From Oikopleura dioica (taxonomy: Eukaryota; Animalia; Chordata): DNA of 64,000 nt. The notes under the pieces are model-generated. The model made no database searches, was not told the DNA's origin, and saw only the letters and a program-made list of their open reading frames with translations. The DNA lies in the NCBI GenBank assembly GCA_907165135.1, contig OU015567.1, forward strand, positions 6,014,001-6,078,000. Direction: 5' to 3'. A program made the translations under genes and the position numbers. Shown here piece by piece: positions 38,388 through 49,079 of the stretch (its first letter is position 1; every line of letters starts with the position of its first letter).

Positions 38388-40880
38388 ATGGCGAAAAGAA
38401 TAAAGCCTGAGAATGTCGAAAAAATTGACCATCCGTCTGAACTTGATAGAGAGAAAGTTGACTCTTGGCTAGAAGGATCTCTTCGGAAACTGAAGAGTAC
38501 GACTTCACGGACTCAGAAATGCCGACTTTTGGAATCGGTTGAGCGACTTGATTTTGAATATGATAGAAATGCTGCTTTTTGGGAATTCATAAAATTTGAT
38601 AAAGAAGGCCGTGGGACAATTTACGACAGATATAAAAGAAAACTTGAGGAGTTTGAGCAGACAGAATTTCAAAAAGTAATTCTTGAACATAAGCCGTCTC
38701 TTATTGATGAGAAGATTGGACGATGGGAGATCAAGGAAGAGTCTGGTGATTGGCAATTAGATGACGATTTGGAAAAGAAGCTGCTATCGCAAGGGGGAGA
38801 AGCGATCGTGCTTGCTGAGAATTTCGACGGTTTTGAGGCAGTTGTGCGAGTGCAGGTCTTTGATCCTTTTCTTTTCACGGAGGAATTTGAAGAGGAGGGA
38901 TTTACTTGCGAAATTCATCTTTCGAGAGGTAAAAATAGATTTGAAAAATATTTTTTAGGTATTGTTAAGACTTTCAACGAGCAAAAGAAAAAGAAGGATC
39001 ATCAGAGGGCGAGGATCAAGTGCCATTTCATGAGAATGTGATCCGTCACTTTGTGAATATTGAGCTGTTTTACGCGAAAGACGAGAAAAAAGAGGATTGC
39101 TTGGGGTGGATTACGATCATGGAGAGAGGAGAGGCGAATTTTAGAACGTTATTGAAAGCAGAGAAAATTGGTCTGGAAACGAGAAAGAAGATTGCGAGTG
39201 GAATTTTGGATGGGAATGAATATTTGTGGAGTCGCGGAATTTGGCATCTCGATCAGGGCTGTTGATTCCGGGTCCTTTCGGATTACCCGCGAGAAAAAAG
39301 TCATTTAGGTGTCTATTAATCTCACAAAAATATTTTCACCTATTATAAGGCAGCCCGAGTAATTATTCTAAAGCGTAAAAACGCGTAAAAACTTGCGGGT
39401 TACCCGGAAAAAAGTCGCGGGTAATTTGAAAGGACTCGAAATCGACAGCCGTGATCTGGATTTTAAATTTGAAAACATTTTGCTTGTTGGTGGAACTCCG
39501 AAGTTTATTGACTTTGGGCTCGTTACGGAGAAAACCGGTCGAGAAGGCTACCGAAAAATGGGGTACGCCAGAAAAGGATCAAAATACAAAAATTCTAGCT
39601 CTCTTGGTATGTTTTCGGAAAATTTCAATTTTTATAAATTTTGAAGCCGCTGGGACGTCGGGATTCACTCTTCATGCTCAAATCGCGAATGGCCATAGTT
39701 ATTATGATTTTAATCTTTACTATTTTCTTTTTGTCGACTGGAAAACCGCGTGGACACTTCTGTACCAACCACTCGATAGTGGTGAAAGAAAAGAAATAGA
39801 TGAAATTGTTGAAGTAAGAACTTGATTTGTCGATTTTGTAATTTTGTTTTTATGGATTGTGGAGCAACCTCAATCAAAAATTTGAATGCGCTCGATGAGA
39901 ATTATTTTTCATCACTTCGCAATTTCTTCTCCGAAGTCACGAAAATAATCTCGCTGAAAAACGCTTCAACCATCTTCTGCTTAGATGATCCAAACTTGAC
40001 CCAGTCTTGCAAGATGTCCAGTTTAAAACAAAACGCGACAAAGTTCCTCAACCAAAACATGCAAAATTTGACGAAAAATGTCTTCGACCAAAAAACTAGT
40101 CAACTTTGCGTCCCGATTTCAGTCACCACTCTTCTCCGTTATGCCATCATAAATGACCTTCCTGCTTTCGATGATCAATTGGGTCGCTTCAGCTTTGAAA
40201 GAATTCTCGCAACTTTAACGATGATTGTTTTTCCGCGAAGTTTGGCCGGACTCAATTTGAATCCCAACAAGAAAGAAAAAGAAAAGCAAGAAAATGAAAT
40301 CGAGATTCTTTTGAACCGACTTTGCAAAGAAAGTTATCTTATGGAAAGTGGATGGCAAATCATCAGAGGAGTACAAGAAGGTGAAGAAGATGACGATTTT
40401 TATAAAAAAAATTTTCCAGTTAAATCAAGCTGTCAGTTCAATTCAGGTAATTCATCATAAAACAACTAGAATTAAACCTTTTCAGTGTTTCTCAGCGAAA
40501 ACTTCACCTTCACCCGTCCCGCAACAGTCACTGGCGCGTATTTACCTTCATCTGGCGATATCTTCTTCCACCAAATGACGCTCGACCGGGTCGAAAACGG
40601 CGAGTACGTTCTCCAAAACAGCGATTTCAAGGATCATTCTCCAGGTTTTAAACTTCTTACCTCTCAAAATTAGCCTCCTTTAGTTCTTAGCATTCCGTTG
40701 AAAAATCCATACTACACCGATTACGGACACATTTGGCATATTATCAACAAAACTTCAATCAGCGTTTTCGAAGAGGACGGAATAAAATGCAAATTAGTGA
40801 ACGAAGAGTTCGGAAACATGGAGGAAAACAAGTGGTATCTTCATCCTACTGCTTACACCATTCAGCTCATTCCAGAATAA
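38388..40880 (+). CDS. Protein kinase-like domain fused to a C-terminal papain-like cysteine protease domain; this copy is interrupted by a MITE (possibly a non-functional allele or pseudogene)
   Basis: Exons approx. 38388-38928, 38970-39253, [MITE], 39462-39606, 39647-39813, 39855-40446, 40486-40645, 40684-40880. Kinase motifs: SQGGEAIV, HENVIR, ITIMERG, HLD/FKFEN, IDFG, GTSGF. Protease motifs: DQKTSQLC, FHQMTL, YVLQNS. Confidence 0.75.
39254..39453. mobile_element. 200-bp hAT-type MITE inside the kinase catalytic loop
   Basis: About 40-bp imperfect TIRs (CAGGGCTGTTGATTCCGGGTCCTTTCGGATTACCCGCGA / TCGCGGGTAATTTGAAAGGACTCGAAATCGACAGCCGTG). The 8-bp TSD is ATCTCGAT (39246-53) / ATCTGGAT (39454-61), one mismatch. 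Confidence 0.9.
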
Positions 40881-40942
40881 ATCTTAAAATCAAGCAATTG
40901 AAGACATTTTAATTCATAAGATATTATGCAGTCAGTTTTTTT

Positions 40943-42144
40943 TTATGCCAGGGAGAGATTCTTCCAGCTATTCTGCCTTGAAAACTGCTTCTGAATAACA
41001 TATTTTATCCCTCATTCAATCTGTTAGGAAAACGAACCTTTCTGTGAAGATCTTCTTTGCTGGCTATTCTGTGGAGCTCTCGAACTGACTGGCTGGAATC
41101 ATTTCCATCTTCAATCTCATTTTGAATCATCGCCCAGCGCTTTTTCGCCATCTAAACAGCTTCAACCGCGGCTGTTTTTTTTTATTCTTACCGGTGGCGA
41201 AGCAGTGATAGGATGTCCATTTTTGTCCGTAATTTGCCCTCTTACAATCCTCGCAATCCGATCTTGCATCAAATTTCGCTTCGTGATCGTCCATGGCGTC
41301 ATTTTCTTCACTTCATCCCACGTCATTTCCAGCGCTGAAGGGCTGATTTTTGATGTTTTTGAGGGGGACTTACATTCTGCGTATTCATACGCGCTGCCGG
41401 TCAAAAGCATGATGATGAAGGTATATCCACAAAGAATCGCTTCCAAAACATGCAAAACCACAAACGGCACGCATTTCCGTTTGATTTCCTTCACGAGGTC
41501 TTCTTGCATGTCCAAGTCGTCGAGAAACCAGTTTTCGTAATGACGCGCGTCTTTCAGAATCCCTTGAAAAACGACATAAAAACAACAATTCGTTAAAAAT
41601 TCGCTTCAAACCCAAGTAGACATGCGTGCAAAAGAAGTCCCAACAAGTGCACAAAAGAAGAAAAACGATCGAAACAAATTTCACCATCGGCCTGAGATTC
41701 TCACTGCGCAGGTAATACAAATTCATTCCACCGTGGATCAGAGCGACAAGGATTCCCTGCCCAAGCGCGGTTGGGAAGCGATAAGAGCAGAAAATTGTGT
41801 TTTCTTTCGACTCTTTCTTTCGTTCCCGCAGCTCGCAAATCGGGAAAAGTGCTAAAAGAAAAGGGTGAAGAACCCCTTAAATTAGAGAATACTGTATCAC
41901 CTGGACAACTAAGAGGCCTGGAAAACGCTTGATGATCCGACTTTGGATTCGTTTCCAGAAGAAAACTCGTCTTTTTCTCCAATTTCAAGCAAAAAGTAAA
42001 TTGTTTCTGCCAATTCTCATCATGAAACTTCGGCAATTTCCCCCCAGAAGCCGAATGTCTCATCAACATAATTTGAACAACAAAGATTCCAGCGCTGAGT
42101 ATAACTTGGTAGGCGATCAGAAACTTGCCAAAATGCAGTGCCAT
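40943..42144 (-). CDS. Uncharacterised four-pass membrane protein
   Basis: Hand-spliced minus-strand exons join ORFs 41701-42144, 41385-41726 and 41162-41515. Four hydrophobic segments: FLIAYQVILSAGIFVVQIML, GQGILVALIHGGM, FVSIVFLLLCTCWDFF, FVVLHVLEAILCGYTFIIMLL. The last exon KQFSRQNSWKNLSLA stop is inferred. Confidence 0.65.
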
Positions 42145-42635
42145 CCTTTTCCTTTATCTTTCTCTGTGTGTCTTTCCCTGTTTTATGGTTAAGGAAAAGT
42201 ACTTGTGGGGCTACAGACGTGTGTATCTTGTATTTAAAATTAATCCCCGCAAAAAGGAAGCTACAGTTAGCGCCACTCAATAATTCACCCTTTTTTCCAG
42301 ACACACTTGTATCAATCACTGGGCCAGCACCATGATCTGGCTTGCAAAGCTGTGTAGAAAACCTAAGTCAGGAGATCTCAGATGAAAAGCCGCGCAGCGG
42401 CTTTTTTAAGTAACGAAGCCGCGAAGCGGTTTCGCGAAAACTATTATTTTACTCAATTTTTAAATTTTGGCGAAGCCGCTTTGCGGCTTCGTTTCTTAAA
42501 AAAGCCGCTACGCGGCTTTCCATTAAAGATCTTTCCGATCCTGACTCAGGTTTTCTACACAGGTTCTTGAACCCAGACAATGAAGAATGTATTTTAGATA
42601 TCAAATTTATTGTAAAAATGAAAAAGGAAAAAGAG

Positions 42636-43758
42636 CTAATATTCGACGTTGAGGCATTCTTCCGTGCTTTTTTCAGTCTCTTCGTGGTTGAAAGGCGCCG
42701 CGCTGTATTCTGGCTGGGTTCTACAGTGCTGCCAGTTTTTTCCCAAGATTTCGATGTCCTCCGCGTTTGCTAGATAGCACCACGGCTGGTCTTCGAACTT
42801 CCAGACGTCGTGGGTTCCGTTGTTGAAGTTTTGAGGAACATTTCTTTAGAGAAAAAATTATAGCTCTTCAGAACCTGACTCAGGCTCTTTTCTACACAGG
42901 TTGCCGAACCCAGAGGTCAACTAACCTGCAATAATTATGATAGTCGTTGAAGTTTCTTTCCAGCCCGCATCGTTCCTTCAAAAGCTTTTTCGTATTTTCA
43001 TCGCTGGGTCTGATAGACAGGCCAACATCAGACCAGCAGCGGCATTTGTAGCCCGAAATTGTCCTGTCCACAGTTCCGGAATAGCTGCCAGGGCAAATTT
43101 CAGAGTTTTTGCAAGGCGATTTTTTCATCTCTTCTACTTCTTCTTCCGTGAAGCAATATTCCTGAAAAAATGAGAAGAGCGTGATTTAATGATAATCAAA
43201 CCCAAAATTTCCGTTTTAGATTTCTAGTGCGTTTGAATTGGTCAATAAGACTGTCGATTTCGCTGTCCAAGGTGATGTTTTTGAAGCACCAGGGGCCGCG
43301 GGGATCTCTTTTTTCCGCCAATTTCCGGATTTCTGAAATTCAAAACAAGCTCGATCGGGATTATTACCTGCAGTAGTTGTGAGGTTCTTGCAAATAGTCG
43401 ACTTTTCGAAGAGGGGGTTTGATGTCGTTCCAATTTCGGCAAGGAGTTCCGTTCATGCCATTCAACTTCATGGTTTCAGCTTTTTTGCCATAGTAGTCGA
43501 GTTCTTTTTCCCGGTTTTTCGAAAATTTCAAAAAAAAAAAATTTTGTGAAAAAAAATAGAATTTTCTTTAAAACCTTTCCCTTTTGTCAAACACTCGCCG
43601 TTCTCAAATGTAGTAGTAGTAGTAGTTGTCGTTGTTGTTGTTGCTGTTTTCAAAGTACTGGTTTCAATAGGAGCAACATCCGAGGCCGAATAATCATCTG
43701 GATCATCCGCCTTCGTTAGCGCAATTTGAAGAACCGCGAAATTTCGAAAAACTCTCAT
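42636..43758 (-). CDS. Secreted protein with Thr-rich N-terminus and two kringle domains, no protease domain; apparent +1 frameshift in kringle 1
   Basis: Signal peptide MRVFRNFAVLQIALTKA and poly-Thr. Kringle motifs CRNW..HNYCRNP..GPWCF..WEYC and YSGTVDRTISGYKCRCW..HNYCRN..QPWCY..WQHC. Confidence 0.8.
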
Positions 43759-45425
43759 TGAAAATATCTTTCCGAGGAGAAAGGGTTGGCGAAAGTGCTA
43801 GTGCTAGTAGCTCGACCCAAATATTTAAACAAGGTTGTAATCAATCACCATCCGCGAGTTACTGTAATTAGATAGCTTGTAATTAGATGAACAATCTTTT
43901 ACCAAAGTTGAGAGCCTTAATTTTCTTTTGTGGTCTTAAAATGAGCACTTTCTGTAGGTATTTTTCATAATAATTGGCCGCAGGAAATTTTTCACAAGAA
44001 AAAAACTTAATTTTTATTACAAAAAAAGAGGAGAAAAAAAGACGCGCGGGAAATGCAGGTGGGGCGCGAATGAGTTAAATAGGTTAACATATCGACTCTG
44101 GACGCGTCACACTTTTGCAGTAGCCGGCTTGACGCGTATACGTTAGAGAGTTAATTACAGAATTTCGGAAGGACAATTTTCGAATTTCCGAATTTTCAAA
44201 TTTTCACGAAAAATTTTAAAATTTTAAATCGTAATTTTTTTTTATTTCTAACAATTTTTTTCTTGAAGCAGCGGATTTTTCGCAGCAATCAAAGGATCAA
44301 AAAATGACAAGATCTGAGTTTAACAATTTTAGAAAAAAGCTCTTCTGCGAATAATTATCGAATAATCCCGCGTCCGAGAAGAGTTCACGTGTGACTTAAA
44401 AGCTTTGAAAGCTTGCGTCCGGCGGAGAAAACGGGTTCTTCCGCCGAGGAGCGTTTTAATCTCGATTTTAATCTGCATTTCGAAAGAAAACTTGCAATAC
44501 GTCTTGACCGGTTAGACTGGAAATCTAAATCCTGCGCTCGGCAACCTGTGTGGAAAACCTGAGTCAGGGTCTGAAAGTAAACAAATGAAAAGCCACCTGC
44601 GGCTTTTTTTCAAGGGAACCGCAAAGCGGCTACGTTGGTAAAAAGAAGCCGCTGCGCGGCTTTTCGTTAAAAATCTTTCAGACCCTGACTCAGGTTTTCT
44701 ACACAGGTTGGCGAGCTCTGATTTTGATAATTGCCTGTTTCTTCTTTTTCTTCCCGTTGATAGTCGCTTAGAACCGCTAGAATACGCGCCGACCCTTGTT
44801 TTATCAGATGCTCAAAGTGCTAAAATGCCCCCCTTTCCAGGGGGAAATTAACGGTACTACCTCGACTGCGAAAATCATGGTCGACATTCTCCGCTAAGTG
44901 TTGCCACTGGAACACGGCCTTATCAAGTCTACAAATGTGAAGGAAAAAAGACAATTTGAACTTTGAGAAATATTCACTTCTAAGTCCAAAATCCTGGTCC
45001 TTAGTCTACAATGACGAGAAGCCGCTTGCGGTTTCGAGCGAAAAAGACAAAAAAGCCGCGCTTCGCGCGGCTTCTTTTTCTTGGGCTCGAAACCGCAAGC
45101 GGCTTATCGTTTTTTAAAAAGAAGAAAAAAATAAAACTTGATTTAATTTAGTCGATTTGATAAAAATGGATTTGATTTCCTAGAATAAGTTGAAAAACTA
45201 GAGCTTATTTGATATGATTGTGATATTATGCTTATAATGAATAATTTTGCAGACGAAGTCTTATTTCTATCAATCTTCTTTTCCGGCCTATGTCTTCTAG
45301 ATAAGCTGAGAAAAGCTTTGAATCGCGCGAGCTCATCTTTTTCGAAACAGCGCCACCCTTGCTCCCAACGCGGTCAGTTTCGTTCTCCCTCATTCATTCC
45401 GTTTTCCACTTCTCGAAAGTGATTG

Positions 45426-46921
45426 ATGCTTCTTTTTTCTTCGTGAGTTCCAAAATAGAGAGAGAAAAGAGGATGATTTAAAATCTAACTTTTCAATTCT
45501 AGTTTTCTGCTGCTATCATCAGCCCAGCTATTCCAGGAGAATGCTATTTTTGAGAGAAAAGTGCCGCCAAGAACTCCTGATCAGGTTTGACCAGCTTTTT
45601 TAAAATTTTTTTTTTGAGACTTTTTAGCGCTTGGGAACCCTTCAAATATTCCTAAACGATTGGATCCGTCATCACATCGGTTCAAAGCGAATAAATCGGT
45701 CAGCAAACTGGATTCAAAGAGAGTTTTTTGGGGGCAGCGAAGGATTTGATGAACACAAGCTGTTGATGCTCTACTTCAAGCAAGACGAAGAAGGAACAGA
45801 GCTTAATAAAAAAATTTAAAATTCAAACCCGACTAAAAACTGACTAAAAAAACGACTAAAAAATCGACTTAAGAAATGACAAAAAATCGACTAAAAACTG
45901 ACTTAAAAAGTCGACTATAAATCGACTAAAAACGACTAAAAAACTGACTAAAAACATAGAATAAAAAATCGGCTAAAAAATCGACAAAATATCGCCGTGT
46001 ATCCAGCTCTGAAAAGGCTTCCCGAGCTGCTCTTACTACAACCCAACGAACATGAACCACGCTGGACCCCGACTGCCATCAGAACCGCGACATTACGAGC
46101 GTCAAGCAAATGCCGATTTAGGCCTCTATGATCATATAAAAATCAAAAAGCGCAAAAGGCGAAATGCTTCTCAGTTTTCACAGCCGGAAATCGTGCTCGA
46201 TCAGTTGAAACTTGTTGCGAGGCTGCCTCCGAATGGCACGGAAAAGAGCATTGAACATGGCTTTGGAAGAAGAAACAACGATTTGATTCAACTCATCAGA
46301 AACAGGCAGGAATTGCTTCAAGAAAAAAATGATAAAGGGCATTTTCAGGGAGGACTTTTTCGACATCTACGACCTCGCGCTAGAATTGGACCGCTCGATG
46401 GCTGCTTTGAGAAAACTCTCTTCAGATCCAAGAAGAAGCTGGAGCCAGATCAGAATGGGCTTTCTCAAGTGGATAGCTAGATACACAGCTGATTGCAAGG
46501 TCGAACGCGAGTCGCAAAAACATACAGGCAACTGGTTTCGACGCACTTTTCTTAATAAAAAGAGAATGATAAAGAAACCGGTCGAGTTTTGATAATGGAG
46601 TTCTTTGAAAAACTGATGATGCTGTACGAGTGCCTGTATGAAGGAAAAACACCCCCAGAAGAAGGAAGAGTTGCAACTGCAAGGGTCAAGGTACAGATTC
46701 ACTTTCCCGAAAAGAGCCCATTTCAAACCATATTTTTTTAGTTTATCTACGGAGCAGGGACCGTTGAAGAAGCCAAGTACGACGAAAAGCTCAGTTTTCT
46801 GATCGAGCCACCACGCTGCTCGGGTAGTCAAAAAAAGCGAACTTGATTTTAATCATTTTTAACTTCAGTAAACGACCACATGCGACGTGTCCTGGAAACC
46901 CTTCGCCGAAGAAGAAAGTAA
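45426..46921 (+). CDS. Hypothetical, probably secreted, multi-exon protein
   Basis: MLLFSS|FLLLSSAQLFQENAIFERKVPPRTPDQ|RLGTLQIF... then ...MIKGIFREDFFDIYDLALELDRSM...KHT|ENDKETGRVLIMEFFEKLMMLYECL...RVK|FIYGAG...PRCS|VNDHMRRVLETLRRRRK stop. Middle junctions at 45780-46330 are unresolved; one GC donor is needed at 46528. Confidence 0.55.
45830..45990 (+). repeat. Degenerate 10-11 bp tandem repeat (AAAAATCGACT) in an intron
   Basis: Visible directly in the sequence. Confidence 0.75.
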
Positions 46922-47272
46922 TGCAAAATTTTGAGGTCTTCCTTGATTTCAAAGCGCGTTTCAGAGAAAAAAAATTTCAAAAAGTCAACTTGATTTTTCT
47001 CATCGGCCGAGAGCGAAATCATTTGAACTTTTTGTAGCTTAAATTTACTTGTATAAATGTTCTTGTATAATAAACACTTTTCAATAAATAAATGCAACTT
47101 TTTCTGCAAAAAAAATTGTTGACAAATATCCTAATCCGAATCTTTATTTTTAAGAAGCCAAAAGAGAAACAGGGGGAAAGCAAATTCGATAAAATTTGTT
47201 TACCGAATCGGCAATGACAATTTGAAAGAAGATAATGAAATTTAGAAAGTACGTTCAGTTTTTAGCGAGAAC

Positions 47273-49079
47273 TTAAGAGCTAGTGGCAACATCAGCAGAC
47301 GTTGTGAAGGCAAAGTTTTTGACAGAGAAAGCAGTGCCAGCGTCGTAAGTGTTGCCGGCAACCCAAACCTCGAGGTCTCCAGAGAAGAGATCGGCCAAGG
47401 GATACCTGCCAGTGTGGATGTAAGCGCCATCGATGGAGACGGTGAATATGATGTCTTCGGTGAATTCAATTTGTCTATATTCGACGGCGAAGTTGGTCCA
47501 TTCTCCGACGGTGCATGGTTCATCGAAGCTTCGCTCGTATTGGGAGCCAGTGGGATCGTTGACGCCAAAGTAGTACTTGTTCTCATTGGGGTAACGGAAG
47601 AGAGCAAAGGTTCGGTCGCCCTTTCCTCCTTTATTGGGACCCGAGGTTACGTGGAAGATGTTGAGCCAGCTGGATGAGGTTTGGCTTCCGCACTGAACAT
47701 CAGCGGAGAACCTGTAGTTTTTGGGTGCTGTAACTGTTGTTATTTGATTGTTTCGGAAGGGGTTGATGCCGCAGTTGTTGATGATTCTGGTGCAGTCAGC
47801 TTCGCCGTCGCAGGGATCGTTGGCAAGGCATGGGTCTTCGGTGGTGGTTGTAGTTGTTGTGGTTGTCGTAGTCGTAGTGGTGGTAGTTGTTGTTGTTGTA
47901 GTCATCGCGACTTCAGCGAATGTTTGGTAGGAGAAGTTTCGGACAGCGAAGGCAGTACCAGCGTCGTAAGTGTTGCCAGCGGCCCAAACTTCGAGGTCGC
48001 CAGAGTTGTAGAGATTGGCCAGGGGATAGGTGCCGGTGTAGATGTCAGTGCCATCGATGGTGACGGTGTATTCAATGTTTTCGGTGAACTCGATTTGTCT
48101 GTATTCGACGGCGAAGTTGGTCCATTCTCCGACGACGCATGGGAAATCGAAGCTTCGCTCGTATGAGGAGCCAGTGGGATCGTTGACGCCGAGATAGTAC
48201 TTGTTCTCATTGGGGTATCGGAAGAGGGCAAAAGTTCGGTCGCCCTTTCCTCCTTTATTGGGACCCGAGGTTACGTGGAAGATGTTGAGCCAGCTGGATG
48301 AAGATTGACTACCGCATTGAACGTCGGCGGAGAACCTGTAGTTCTTTGCAGCTGGAACTGTTGTCACTTGGTTGTTACGGAAGGCGGTGAAGCCACAGCC
48401 GCTGATGATGCTGGTGCACTCGGCGAGGCCGTCGCAGGGATCGTAGACAGAGCAAGCGGTTTTTCCGGCGCACGAATTCGTCCAGTCGTCTTTGTTCCAG
48501 AAAGGCGGTCTGAACGCGCCCTCGACGCAGCGAACGTTTCCGTTGACACTGGCATCGTCGCATGTGACGGAGTAGGTGGATCGCTTCTTGTTGATTGTTT
48601 CGACCAACTGCAGGGAACCGTCTTGGATGCTAGCGTTGGCGGCCGCGGCGATGCATGGATGAGCTGGTTTTGGGCTGCAACTCAAGGTTGTTCCTGCTGG
48701 GAGATTCCTAGTAGTATGAAAAGAAGAATGGGGAGAAAGAATTTGAAACTTACTTTCTTGCTACAGTGGCTGGGTCACCACATCGAGCGAGGAATCGGAC
48801 GCCGTCCTTTTTTGGCTTGGAGATGGAGTGCTCAGTCCAGTCGGGGAGGAATCCGCTGTCGCAAATTGGGTGGCACTTGACCTTGGATCGCAGCTTTCCG
48901 TAGCCGGGGCAGACCCAGGATCCGTTCTCGACGGGAAACTCGGTCTGGGTCTCGTCAACTTTGGCGTCGCAGAGAACTCGTCGAGCTTCTCTTCCGGCGT
49001 TGTCGAGCTGCTGGTACTGCTGAAAGTAGCCGGCGTCGACTCCTTCGAAGGCGACAAGAAATTGAGCGAGCAGCTTCAT
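47273..49079 (-). CDS. Secreted protein: Cys-rich N-terminal modules plus two near-identical beta-rich (LamG/concanavalin-like, inferred) domains separated by poly-Thr; candidate house protein (oikosin-like)
   Basis: Exon 48754-49079 (MKLLAQFLVAFEGVDAG..., minus strand although the ORF track labels it +), GT-AG intron 48708-48753, exon 47273-48707. Two repeats of about 165 aa (NYRFSADVQCGSQ.SSSWLNIFHVTSG...GDLEVW.AGNTYDAG). Confidence 0.85.

Noticed and set aside
46320-46335. Homopolymer frameshift in the 45426-46921 gene
   Set aside because: A GC-AG intron upstream could equally restore the frame; cannot be decided from sequence alone.
46367-46831. 154-aa minus-strand ORF
   Set aside because: It is antisense to a plus-strand frame that has coherent splice sites and a terminal exon.
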